DNA of 64,000 bases from Rebecca billardiae RCC1528. Taxonomy: Eukaryota > Protista > Haptophyta. Positions 10,473 through 21,380 of this stretch are shown one piece after another. The notes under the pieces were generated by a model. It was given only the letters and a program-made list of their open reading frames with translations, did not search any database and had not been told where the DNA came from. Each line of letters begins with the position of its first letter. Within the stretch, counting starts at the first letter, position 1. The translations under genes and the position numbers were made by a program. Location: NCBI GenBank assembly GCA_965240325.2, contig OZ251230.1:1302001-1366000 (forward strand), in the 5' to 3' direction.

Positions 10473-10881
10473 CGGCAGAGTCGCGGAGTCTACAACCCCT
10501 TGCTATGATTTCAACGACCGACAGGTAGGACGACGCGCGGCTAATTTAATGTCCTGATTCGGGCGGCGCGGCATTGTCGGCCCGATCGTCGCCACACGAA
10601 GTCAGCCGTTCGTGGCAGAGCATAGCCTGCACCGCGATCGAAAAGCTTGAGCGCGGCCTTGAGCTGCTGAAGCGCGATCCACCTGCGCTGCGCGGCTCGC
10701 ATGGACCTGCTGTGCCCAGCGCCGAGCGCGCCCCGGGCGCCCTTGGACAACGGTTGATTGATGATGTCAAATTGGATCCACGCCTCCCGGCTGCTTTTTC
10801 AGCGCGCATCAGCAGTTTTTTGCGCCCAGGGGCCGCCGGCGCCGCCGCCGCCGCCCACGGCGGCGCATCATTCACTGCAGG

Positions 10882-11868
10882 ATGGCCGGCCACCACCCCC
10901 CGCAGCCGGGTGAGCTCGAGTTCCTTCGCGGTCTCTCATCCGCCGGGACCGATGACGCACATGCCGCCTCTCTGTATCGTGCGGCCGCACAGCTCGGGCA
11001 TGTCGAGGCCCAGGTCAAGCTGGGCGATTGCTTGCACACAGGGGTCGGTGTTCGGCGCGATGACTCTGAGGCCGTGTTGTGGTACAGATGTGCCGCCGAT
11101 CAAGGTCATGCGGAGGCCCAGGCGCATCTCGGATGGCTCCTCTACCTCGGTCTTGGCGTTGAGAAGGATAACGCAGAGGCTGCGCGCTGGTCACGACAAG
11201 CAGCAGCGCTCGGCAGCGCTCGTGGCGCGCTCAACTATGGCTTCCTGCTGAGCACGGGCGAGGGTGTCGAGAGACGCGACGAGGCGGCTGCTGAGAAGTA
11301 CTACCACGCCGCAGCGCAGCGAGGCCTGCCGCAGGCGCAGTTCATACTGGGGAAGAGGTTGGCGAGCTCCCACGCAGCAGACACGCGCTCTGAAGGCGCC
11401 CGATGGCTCGGCTTGGCGGCAAAGGCGGGTGAGCCAAATGCGCTGGCTGAGCTCGAGACGCACGTTGCAGATCCCGCCGTAGTGCGCTTGGTGTGCGTTG
11501 GCTGTGGGCAGGTGGACGGCCTGCAACCCTGCTCGGAGTGTGGCGTTGCGCACTACTGCTCACGACCGTGCCTCTCGCGAGTGTGGACCGCGCACCGCGC
11601 CAGCTGCCGCGAGTGGCGGCTCCATCCCCCGAGTGGAAACACCAAAGCAGGGTCGACCGTGAGCCCGACGAAGCCGGCATCGGCATTGGACACGCCATCG
11701 CGACTCGACGCTGGCGCAGCGCAGCTCACTACCCGTCACCTCGCCCTGCACGACGCTCGCGCGGCAGCCTCTCCCGGAGGCGACGCCGCCGATGGGAAGC
11801 CGTCCGCAGGGAGCGCAGTACAGCGTCACAAGCCTCACCATCACCGGTCCCGCCAGCAGCCAACGTGA
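10882..11868 (+). CDS. Sel1-repeat protein with MYND zinc finger
   Basis: Repeated AAxxGHxEAQxxLG...GxGV..D..EA..W; CVGC...CSEC....YCSRPC....W..H...C. Confidence 0.9.
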   Translation: MAGHHPPQPGELEFLRGLSSAGTDDAHAASLYRAAAQLGHVEAQVKLGDCLHTGVGVRRDDSEAVLWYRCAADQGHAEAQAHLGWLLYLGLGVEKDNAEAARWSRQAAALGSARGALNYGFLLSTGEGVERRDEAAAEKYYHAAAQRGLPQAQFILGKRLASSHAADTRSEGARWLGLAAKAGEPNALAELETHVADPAVVRLVCVGCGQVDGLQPCSECGVAHYCSRPCLSRVWTAHRASCREWRLHPPSGNTKAGSTVSPTKPASALDTPSRLDAGAAQLTTRHLALHDARAAASPGGDAADGKPSAGSAVQRHKPHHHRSRQQPT

Positions 11869-12431
11869 ACGCGCGCGTGAGTGAACGCGCGCGTTCGGAC
11901 AGACCGTTGCACGCCGGACAGATTGACGGTCCAATGCTGAGGCCAGCTGGATGCTGACACTGCTGCTGACGATGCTGACCTCGCGTCGTACCGTGCACCG
12001 TCGCGTGTCATCAGCATCACGTCGGATATCGGGTCAGCGCGCCTGTTACTCATTCTACCGGACCGTGCCCGGCGCGGCGCCGGCTGAGAGAGAGCAGCAG
12101 AGTGATTCAGATGAGTGAAAATGTGATGCTGAAATGCCAGTCATCGCGTCCGCAATGTGATGACGTTGGCGGCCGCCGCCACTACGGTCGTCCGCGCCGG
12201 TCCGTTGGGCCAGGCCCAGTGTCGCACTTCGCTCGGAGTTCGCAGTTCGCAGTCTCACAGCACTGGCGCCGGGCTCGCTCAGGTGACGCGCGCCTATCAC
12301 GGCCGAACCGAGCAGGACCAGGATGAGTGCAGAGTGGGGCACGGAGCCGAAGCGCTGCGGTCATGCAGAGCACAGCGCCGAGTGCAGAATCACGTGGGCT
12401 GGCTGGACTTGCCTGGCTGCGTCAGGACTCC

Positions 12432-13448
12432 TCAGCCGCCAGCGGAGCAGACCACGCCACCGCTCCTCGGCGCGCCGGCCTTGGCTGTCGCCACATCCAC
12501 CACATCATCCGCCCTGGGGCTGGCGTCATCGGCTGCAGCTCCCCAGTCCGCGTCACTCAGCTCCACGTTGTGGAAGTCGACAAGTCCCGAGGTGATCTCG
12601 TAGAAGGCGCCTACGACCAAAAGCTCCCCTGCATCCACCTTCGCCTTGAGCCGCTCGTCGCTCAGGATCCCCCGCACCTGCGCCATCGTGTTGACGGTGA
12701 CGGCCTCGCGGTCGCGCGCGCGCGCGTCGGAGAGGTTCTTGAGCGCGGCCATCGACGGCTCGAGGTCCGCCTTCATGCCCTGGAGCATCTCGCGCAGGTG
12801 CGGCGGCTCGTTTTGGATGACGTCGTCGTCCAGCTGCGCCGCCTTCACCGCGCCGCATCCCTCGTGCCCGAGCACGACGACCAGCTTGATCTCGAGGTGG
12901 TGAACCGCGTAGTCGATCGAGGCCGCGACCGTGGACTTGTGCAGGTTGCCCGCGACGCGGATGGCGAAGACGTCGCCGAGGCCCTGGTCGAAGACGATCT
13001 CGATGGGCACGCGACTGTCTGCGCAGCCGAGCACGGCCACCTTGGGCGCCTGCTGCAGGATCAGGGCGCGGCGCTCCATGGCGTTCAGCTCTGGACGCAC
13101 GGCTGTGCCAGTCCAGAACCGCGCGTTGCCCGCCTTGAGCTCAGCGAGGATCTCGAGGGGGGGCTTGGCTCGCACGTGACTGTCACGTGTCTGGCGCATC
13201 TTCACGATCTCCTCCATGCTTGGCGCGTCCATTCGCAGCTGGCTCGGGTTGCTCGCCAGGCGCTCCAACTCCTGCCGGTGCGAGGTCTTTCGCTTGACTG
13301 GCGGTGCCGCGGGGCTGTGCTCCGCGTCGGTGCGCTGGGCTACAGTGCGCGCATGAGCCGAGCGAGACGATCGAAAGAAGAAGAAGACGTTCAGCGCAGT
13401 CGAGACCACCGCAGTGGCGAGGAGTGCACCCTCCGTAGTCGAGATCAT
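12432..13448 (-). CDS. Beta-class carbonic anhydrase with N-terminal hydrophobic anchor
   Basis: Zn ligand motifs GCADSRVP and GHEGCGAV; FAIRVAGN; ATG 13448 followed by ALLATAVVSTALNVFFFF. Confidence 0.95.
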   Translation of the reverse strand: MISTTEGALLATAVVSTALNVFFFFRSSRSAHARTVAQRTDAEHSPAAPPVKRKTSHRQELERLASNPSQLRMDAPSMEEIVKMRQTRDSHVRAKPPLEILAELKAGNARFWTGTAVRPELNAMERRALILQQAPKVAVLGCADSRVPIEIVFDQGLGDVFAIRVAGNLHKSTVAASIDYAVHHLEIKLVVVLGHEGCGAVKAAQLDDDVIQNEPPHLREMLQGMKADLEPSMAALKNLSDARARDREAVTVNTMAQVRGILSDERLKAKVDAGELLVVGAFYEITSGLVDFHNVELSDADWGAAADDASPRADDVVDVATAKAGAPRSGGVVCSAGG

Positions 13449-13902
13449 GGTGCGCTTGGACCGCTTGGACGGCACGTGCGCCGTCGTTCTCGGACTCGGC
13501 CGACGCTCGCGCCGAACGCTGGAAAGCGGAAGGAAGGGAAATCTCCAGGCGTCTGAAGTTTGAGTAACTCCAGTACTCGCGACGAAACCGTAGAGTACTG
13601 CACCGGCAGGGGCAGGTCCTTGGCCTCGCGGCTTGCCGCCGCCGCCGCCGCGCGCCCGCCGCCCCAGTGAATCAGATGAGATCGATGAGCGCGCGGCCCC
13701 CAAGTTCTAACAAGGTCTAGTTCTAAGGATGTCCGTGATGCATGCAGCACGGCCCAGTGAAGCCCGAACGATGAAGTCAGCTCATAGAGCGCGAGCCGCT
13801 TCCAGCGGGGCCGGGGTCCTCCCGGTCGACCGCCGCGGCGGCCCTATCAGCCCACGCGGAGTCCTCCTACGCGCCGCCGGGCACGGCGAGCCCGGAGCGG
13901 CA

Positions 13903-16119
13903 TCAGCGCGAGCGGCGGGCCTTCTTGGTGGCTGGCGCCGCGCCGCCGTTCGCTGCATCCCCTCCGGCCGCAGGCTTGGCGCCGCGGCGCTGCTTCACCG
14001 CGGCGGCCAGCTCGTCGAGCGCCTTCCGCGTCGCGTCCCAGTCCACGCACGGGTCGGTGATCGACACGCCGTGCTTGAGGCCCTTCAGCCCGGTGGCGGC
14101 GCTCGACTCGTCGAGCGGCGGCACCGGCTGCGCGCCCGCGGCGAGGAACGACTTGAGCACCACGCCCGACACCGCCATGCTCCCGCCCGCCACGCGCTCG
14201 GCGACGCGCTTGACCGCGCCCAGCTGGTCGGCGTCCGCCGAGCAGTCGACGACCATCGACGGCGGCAGCCCGGCCGCGGTGAGCTGCGCGACCATCGCGT
14301 CGACGTGCGCGTCACCCTCGACGATTGCATGGCAGTCGTCGTTGCCCGTGGTGTGCACGACGCCCGCGACGCCCTGCTTGGACACGCCGATGAACGGGTG
14401 CGAGCGCGCGGCGGCGAGGATCGCATCCACCGCCGCGGCGCCTCCCGCCGCGCTCGGCGCCTCAAACCCCACCGGCATCGACAGGCCTGAGGCGAGCTCG
14501 CGGTGCAGCTTGGACTGCGCCGAGCGCGAGCCGATCTGCGCCCACGAGACGAGGTCGGCGAGGTACTGCGGGATGGTGGTGTCGGCGAACTCGCACGCGA
14601 CGGGCAGGCCGAGCTGGTTCACGGCCTGCAGCAGCTCGCGCGCGGTGTGCAGCCCTTTGTTCACGTTCAGCGAGCCGTCAATGTCCGGGTCCATCACGAG
14701 GCCCGTCCACGCCGACGCTTCGGGCGCGGCGTATGCGCACCGCAGCAGCACGAGGAGCTCGCCAGCGTGCGCCTTGGCCGCGTCGGCGAGCCGCGCGGCG
14801 TACTGCAGCGTGGCGTCGACGTCGTGCAGCGTGCACGGGCCCACGACCACGAGCATCCGCGCGGCGCTCGCGCCGCCCTTGGCCTTGGCGCCGCCGCGCA
14901 CGAGCTGCTGCACGCCCTTGCGCGTCGCGGTGACGAGCGAGGCCACGTGCCCCGAGTGCGGCAGCTCCTCCTGCAGGCACGCGGCGGGGACGATGGCCTG
15001 CACGCCGCGGATGCGCAGGTTGTCGGTGGGGAGCTGCGTGTTCGACTCGCGGAACAGCGTGCTCGCCGGCTCAGCCGCCGCGCTGCTCGTCGCCGTCGGC
15101 TTTGCGTCGGGCGTCGCGCGCCGCCGCTTGACCGCATCGGCGAGCGCGCTGAGCGACGTGAGCGTGTCCGACCAGTCGAGGCACGCGCCGGCGATGGACA
15201 TGCCGGCGACGAGCTCACGCGGCGAGGAGCCGGCGCCGACGGGGGGCGGCTGCGCGCCGGAGACGAGGAACGACTTGAGCACCACGCCCGACACCGCCAT
15301 GCTCCCGCCCGCCACGCGCTCGGCGACGCGCTTGACCGCGCCCAGCTGGTCGGCGTCCGCCGAGCAGTCGACGACCATCGACGGCGGCAGCCCGGCCGCG
15401 GTGAGCTGCGCGACCATCGCGTCGATGTGCGCGTCGCCCGCGACGGTGGCGTGGCAGTCGCGGTTGCCCGTGGTGTGCACGACGCCCGCGACGCCCTGCT
15501 TGGACACGCCGATGAACGGGTGCGAGCGCGCGGCGGCGAGGATGGCGCCCGACGCATCGCCGAGCGTGCCGCCCGCGGCCGTGCTCGCCGCGAAGCCGAC
15601 GGGCATCGAGAGGCCCGAGGCGAGCTCGCGGTGCTGCCGAGAGGCCGAGCCGACCTGGCCCCAGGAGACGAGGTCCGCGATGTACTGCGGCACGATCGCG
15701 TCGGCGAACTCGCAGCCGACGGGCACGCCGGCACCGTTGACCGCGAGGAGCAACGAGCGGATCGCGCGCAGCCCCTTGTTGATCTTGAGCGAGCCGTCGA
15801 GCTCGGGGTCCATGACGAGGCCGCGCCACTCGGAGCTGTCTGGTGCGGCGTAGCTGCAGCGCATGAGGATGACGAGCTCCTCCGCGTGCGCCTTCGCCGC
15901 CTCGGCGAGCCGGCGCGCGTACTCGAGCGTCGACTCAGCGTCGTGTATGGTGCACGGGCCAACGACGACGAGCAGTTTGTGGCCGTGCGAGCGCACGGCC
16001 TCGCGGCCGGCGAGAACGGTGGCCGCCGCCTCCTGCGTGTACGGCGAGCCCTCGATCACGCATGATGCCGGCAGCAGCGGGCGCAGCTCCGCGACACGGC
16101 CGTCCTCGAGCGCCGACAT
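13903..16119 (-). CDS. Tandem two-domain class I-alpha DAHP synthase homologue, probably catalytically inactive
   Basis: Two copies of VVVGPCT(I/L)HD, W.GLVMDP..DGSL..NKGL, EFAD...PQY.ADLVSW, HRELASGLSMPVGF, HTTGN.DCH, G.SI...C.DW; catalytic KPRT, GFKN, LRGG, SHANS and ES motifs altered. Confidence 0.9.
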   Translation of the reverse strand: MSALEDGRVAELRPLLPASCVIEGSPYTQEAAATVLAGREAVRSHGHKLLVVVGPCTIHDAESTLEYARRLAEAAKAHAEELVILMRCSYAAPDSSEWRGLVMDPELDGSLKINKGLRAIRSLLLAVNGAGVPVGCEFADAIVPQYIADLVSWGQVGSASRQHRELASGLSMPVGFAASTAAGGTLGDASGAILAAARSHPFIGVSKQGVAGVVHTTGNRDCHATVAGDAHIDAMVAQLTAAGLPPSMVVDCSADADQLGAVKRVAERVAGGSMAVSGVVLKSFLVSGAQPPPVGAGSSPRELVAGMSIAGACLDWSDTLTSLSALADAVKRRRATPDAKPTATSSAAAEPASTLFRESNTQLPTDNLRIRGVQAIVPAACLQEELPHSGHVASLVTATRKGVQQLVRGGAKAKGGASAARMLVVVGPCTLHDVDATLQYAARLADAAKAHAGELLVLLRCAYAAPEASAWTGLVMDPDIDGSLNVNKGLHTARELLQAVNQLGLPVACEFADTTIPQYLADLVSWAQIGSRSAQSKLHRELASGLSMPVGFEAPSAAGGAAAVDAILAAARSHPFIGVSKQGVAGVVHTTGNDDCHAIVEGDAHVDAMVAQLTAAGLPPSMVVDCSADADQLGAVKRVAERVAGGSMAVSGVVLKSFLAAGAQPVPPLDESSAATGLKGLKHGVSITDPCVDWDATRKALDELAAAVKQRRGAKPAAGGDAANGGAAPATKKARRSR
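14142..15543. repeat. Internal 280-bp near-identical direct repeat (14142-14421 and 15264-15543)
   Basis: Offset 1122 bp; differences confined to a short central patch. Confidence 0.92.
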
Positions 16120-16593
16120 GATTGAGTGAAGCACGTGGACGCCCGAAATTACTTCGCCGACTGAGAACCCGCGCGCCAAAAAAACTTTTTGCGCTGTCCT
16201 CGTCGCCTGCCGCGAGCCCGCGACCAAGCCGCACTGGCAGCCGCACCCCTGCCGCAACCAAGCTGAAAGCGACGGCTCGCTCTGGAACTCGGGAGCAAGG
16301 GCCTTGTCGGGAGGACGGGAGAGGCGCTGGCGCCAAAAGGCGCGATTTGCTATTTCATCGACGAAACTTGCTCCCCTTACCCCGTTCGCCTAGGCTGGCG
16401 GTTCATCAATCGAAGGAACTCATAGTTAGTGAATAGTGCCGCAGTGTTCGGAATATGACGGTCACAAAGCCTTCGCGCGCTTCGAGAGCATCTCGCCGGG
16501 GCGTGCCCGCTGCGCACGCAGCGTTGTGTGCTCGAGCCCGCCGACGAAGAAGCAAGAGCCACCCACCCACGCTGACCTGCAACGCGCCGCGCG

Positions 16594-17629
16594 ATGTTGG
16601 GCGCGCGGACGGAAGGCAGGGGTGACGCGAGCGCCGCGGAGGGCGCGCCGGCGGCGATGCACCCCGAGCTCGCGACAGCAGCGGCGGCCCACGCGTTGCA
16701 GCCCGCGCCGGCTGCGGGCGCGTCGCGCGCCGGCCAGCGGCCGGTCACTCCGCCCGGGCTGGGCGCCGTGCGCTCCCTCCAGGCGCGCGAGCTCGACAGC
16801 CAAAAGTTCATGCGCTTCCTGCGGCAGAACGCCATGGCGGCGACCAAGCGCATGCCGCGCAACTCGAACGCGCGCTTGCACCTCGCGCTCATCCTGCACC
16901 GCCTCGGCGACGTGTCGCGCGCGCACGTGGAATACCAGCGCGCGCTCGAGTGCGCAAAGTCGTGGCTCATCATGTACCCGACGGGCGAGCCAATCCGGCA
17001 CAACCCGCGCACGCAGTCCTTCTGCGCGCGCGTCGCCGACCACATCGTGCGCGTCGGCGTGGAGATCCAGGGCGACCGCTTCGACCCGGCGTCGACGCTG
17101 GCGGGCATGCTGGACGCCATCAAGTGGTCGTCCGAGCTGCCGCACCTGTGGAACAACCTGGGGCTGATGCACCTGCAGGCGGGCGAGTTCCACGCGGCGC
17201 GGCTGGTGTTCGAGAGCGTCGTCGCCAAGTGGCCCGGCTACGTCGACGCGATGAACAACCTCGCCATCGCGCTGCACGGCGTCGGCCGCTCCGAGGAGGC
17301 GGTGCGCTGCCTGCAGGCGATCGTCCGCATGACGCGCTCGCACCTCGAGGCGTTCAACAACTACGCGTGCGTGCTGGTCGAGGAGCACCGCGACCCGTGG
17401 CTCGCGGTCGCGATCCTGCGCTCCGCCCTCGAGTGGGACGTCACCCAGCCCGCGCTCTGGTCCAACCTCGCCGTCGCGTACTCGCGGCTCGGCCGCGGTG
17501 ACGAGGCGTGCGCGTGCCTCTCGCGCGCGTGCGAGCTCGCGCCCGAGTGGGAGGCGATCTGGCTGAACGCGGCGTCGATCCTGGTGCAGCAGCCCGAGTC
17601 GGCGCGCCGCGCGTCGACCTTCTCCGTCT

Positions 17630-17664
<35 letters not shown>

Positions 17665-19469
17665 TTCTCCGCCGAGTCGATGCCCGCGTCGGGCGCGGTG
17701 CGCGCGGGCGCGTCCGACCCGTCAGAGCTCGCCTCGCTCATCTCGTCCATGTCCGCGTCGGGCGCGCGCGGGCGCTCGTGCCTCAAGGCGGAGGAGGTGG
17801 AGGCGCGGATCGAGGCGCAGGCGGACATCCTCCCCGACGCGCGCGCGTGGGCCGCCCTCGCCTCCGCGCGCATGCGCCGGTACGAGGCCGGCGTGAACGA
17901 CACCCCGCTCTCGACTTGGCACGACCTGCACGACGACATCCTCAAGGCCGCGGCAAAGGCGCTCTCGATCGACGACGGGAACGTGGCGGCGTGGATGCAG
18001 CTCGGGCTGTGCGCGCTGCACGACGGGCTGCACTCGAAGGCGCAGGTGCGCGCGCCGCGCCGCCGCAGCGGAGGGCGGCGCTGGCGCCGGCGCGCGAGCG
18101 CCGCGGCAGCGCTGGCCGTGCCGCGTGCGCGTGTGCACGCGCGCTGCCCTGCCGGCGCAACTGGCGCGCGCGCGACGCGTGCGCGTGCGGCGCACGCTCG
18201 CGCTCATGCTCGCGGCCGCGCCCCCGTGCGCCCGTCGGCTCCGCGCGCGCGGCGCGCAGGGCTACTTCCTGCAGGCGCTGAGCGACCAGCCCAAGCTCGT
18301 CGCCGGCTGGTGCAACCTCGGGATGGCCCTCCAGCTGGGCGGACAGCCGGACGAGGCGCGCGATGCGTACCGGCGCGGGCTGGAGCTCAACCCGCACTCG
18401 GCGCAGCTGCTGAACAACCTGGGCAACCTGCACCGGCAGTGCGGCGAGTGGGCCAAGGTGCGCGCGGCGCGGTGTACGCGCGCGTGCGTGCGCGTGCGCG
18501 TGTGCGTGCGCGCGCGTGCGCGTGCATGTGCGTGTGCTGTCCTGCGAGCGCCACGCCGCCGGCGCACGCAGTCTGACGCCCGGCTGCTGCGGGGCCCACG
18601 CGCCGCCCCGCTGCGTCCGTCCACAGGCGGAGGCGTGCTACCTGCGCGCGCTCAGCACGCGCGGAGACGACGCGCGCGTGCACAACAACCTCGGCCTGCT
18701 GTACATCGCGACCAACCACCTCAGCCGCGCGGCGCAGTGCTTCGCGCGCGCCGTCGAGTCTGACCCGGGCCTCGAGTGCGCAGCCTCCAACCGTCAGCGG
18801 CTTGAGAAGCTCCGCAAAGACATGCGCTCGGGCAGCGCGGGCCGGAGGCGGCACGGCGGCGTGCCGCCGCACTACCGCGCGCCGCACCTCAGCTCGGGCC
18901 GAGCCGGCGGCGCGGGCGGGAGCGGCTCGCGCGGTGCGCGCCGCCCGCTCGGCTCGGACGCCGTCGGCGAGGACGATGGCGCGGCCGCTGCTGGCAGCGC
19001 CCACGGCGCTGACGGCGCGCGCGCGGGCGGCAGCCCGGTGCCGGACGGAGCGGGCGGCAGCGAGGCCGGGGCGGAGGTGGAGGACGGCACCGATGGCGGG
19101 AGCGACAGCCGTAGCCCGCAGAGCGGGCGCGGGCGCGGTCGAGGGCGCGGCCGCGGCCGCGGGCGCGGCCGAGGGCGCGGCCGCTGGGCGAGTGCGAGCG
19201 CGGCGCGGAAGCTGCCGGCATCCGCGCGCGCCATCAGCGAGACAGAGTCCGGGCAGGGCAGCGGGTTTGCGGCCGATGGCGGCAGCACGCCGCCGGGCGC
19301 CGACGCGGCGCAGTCCGCGCCCAATGACGAGCGCATGAACGGCGCGGGCGAGGAGCCAAACGCCCCGGACAGCGGGAAGGACAAAGACGGCGGTGGCGGC
19401 AGTGCCCTCGGCCGCGGCCATCGCCGCCCTGTCGCAAAGCGCGTGTTCGACGACGAGTGGCGGTGGTGA
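16594..19469 (+). CDS. TPR-repeat protein with C-terminal RG tract; exons 16594-18045, 18260-18457, 18627-19469
   Basis: Repeated WNNLG / MNNLA / WSNLA / WCNLG / HNNLG TPR motifs; two GT-AG introns give in-frame joins; (GR)10 at 19125-19184. Confidence 0.88.
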
Positions 19470-20477
19470 CGCTGCTGCAGGCAGGGCGCGCGTCACAGTT
19501 CAATACTAAGGCTGCCCCCCGCCATCATTGAAGACCCCCAAGATATCTCAGAGATGGCAGCGTGGGGCTCTGCTAGTCTGCTTTGACTGAATAATGGCCC
19601 GCGGTGCAGGGCGGAGCGCGCAGCGTGGAGCCCGCACCAGCGGGCCCGAACCACGTTTCAAAAAGATCTTTGATCAAGAAAAAAGGGACGGGGGGCGGCG
19701 GAAAAAAAGGGACGGGGGGCGATTTTTAGGGCTGGCGGAGACCGAGTTTCGAGTTTTTGAGATCGCATTGAGAGGTCTATCAGGCCAAAAAAACCGCGCC
19801 CAGCTGATTCCCTTAAGTAAAGTGCGATCTGGACGTCAGCTGGACGTGACATTAGTGTAACGGTTCGTTGCGAGCGAATCGTACTCGTCTTCCCGGATCG
19901 CGTGACGTCCGGACTGGGCCACATCCGGATCGTCGGAGGTGACGTGCCCCGGCACGATGGGCGATGGCGGATATGCGGGACGGCGCCTGCACGTGCCTCC
20001 GGACCCGCCTCCCGCTTGCTGCTCACGCAGTCAGCTGCGACCGTGGCGCATGATCGCAGAAGCAGTGCCGGCAGTACGGCCTGCATCAGCTAGTGCCGCG
20101 CCGTCGTGGCGCGCGCGGTACGGTTGCGCGTTTGCAGCGCTCGCCGGCTCGGCGACGGCACGCGCGTGCGGCTCAGGTGTGTCAAATGCGGTCTCGTCGG
20201 CGCGCTTTCGCCTGCCACCTCGTGCACCCGTGCCGCCAGTTTCATCGTCTTCATGAGGACTGCTGCTGCTGTCGCCATCCGCTCTCCATCACCCCGAGTC
20301 GCCGGTCGCGCGGCGCGCGCGGTAGGCACTAGGCAGGGCGTACGGTCACTCACCCGTGCAACGGGTCAAGTGGCCAGAGTACGTCTGGTCGTTGGCTGGC
20401 ACGGGCCGCAGCGCTAAAGCACCCTGCTGTCACACCCGACTCCTTCAGTACTCCGAGCTCCGCGGCACGACTCACTC

Positions 20478-20623
20478 GGCACGATCGCGGACGGGTCGGA
20501 TCCGAGCTGATCAGCCAGAGTTGGACACAGTTTGGCAGCTACTAGTAGTAATTCCGATGCCGATGGCACGATCGCGGACGGGTCGGATCCGAGCTGATCA
20601 GCCAGTTGGACATTTGGCAGCTA
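20478..20623. repeat. 87-bp-period direct repeat inside the arm (mirrored in the right arm)
   Basis: GGCACGATCGCGGACGGGTCGGATCCGAGCTGATCAGCCAG at 20478 and 20565. Confidence 0.9.
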
Positions 20624-21020
20624 GTTGTCAGACGGACGTCCGATTTGACGACCGGTGCCGGGTGCGGTCTCAGGTCCGCTGCTGTGATTGTGTGAAGTGT
20701 GAATGAGTCTCGCGGTCGCGCAGGCAGGGCGACGGTCGGACTAATATAGCTTCAGTCATCTCAGAACCGACTTCAACTGGCGAACTGCCACTACGGCGGA
20801 GAGCCGCGATTGCACGGCCACCGCGGGCCCCCAACTGCGTTGATTCTATGCAGAAAAGGACCGCGGAACGCGGTCATAATGCTATGGTATAATACTACTA
20901 GTAATACGGTAGACTAGTCTACTGAGCTAGTTACTAGTTACGCGAATCGCGATGACTGTCGGCTCCTACTGACTCATCAATAATTATAAGCACTACTGCT
21001 TTAGCAGTAGCAGCGCTTGC

Positions 21021-21362
21021 CCGCTGTATAGTCACTATAATATGTGGGGTTATTGGTACAATAACTGATTGTCTAAGAGGACGACAAGAACGCCGGGCGC
21101 CAGCGCCGCTCATCAGCCACATCGCCCTCTACCAGACCATCGCCTCAAAGGGCGCTGCTCCCGGACAAACAGTCTGTCCGGGTTGTTCTGCCGCCCAGGA
21201 GATCGATTTCCGGCGCCGGCCTCTGCCGCCTGCTTCGCCAGGCGCGGCGTGCGAGATGGCTCCAGCCAAGCTCGTCCTGCGTCGCCGGCGGCGGCGGCTC
21301 GCACGCGGGTGGCGCGTCGCGTGCACCGACCAACATCTTCCGCTGTATAGTCACTATAATAT
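21021..21362. repeat. 23-bp direct repeat pair CCGCTGTATAGTCACTATAATAT
   Basis: Exact copies at 21021-21043 and 21340-21362. Confidence 0.88.
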
Positions 21363-21380
21363 ACGGCGGTATAGTCAGTA

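Noticed and set aside
12055-12342. Short ORF with a signal-peptide-like start
   Set aside because: GTG start, immediately downstream of the CA stop (likely 3' UTR), no other support.
21021-21043. TCACTATA as T7/SP6 vector promoter contamination
   Set aside because: The upstream promoter bases do not match and there is no vector context.
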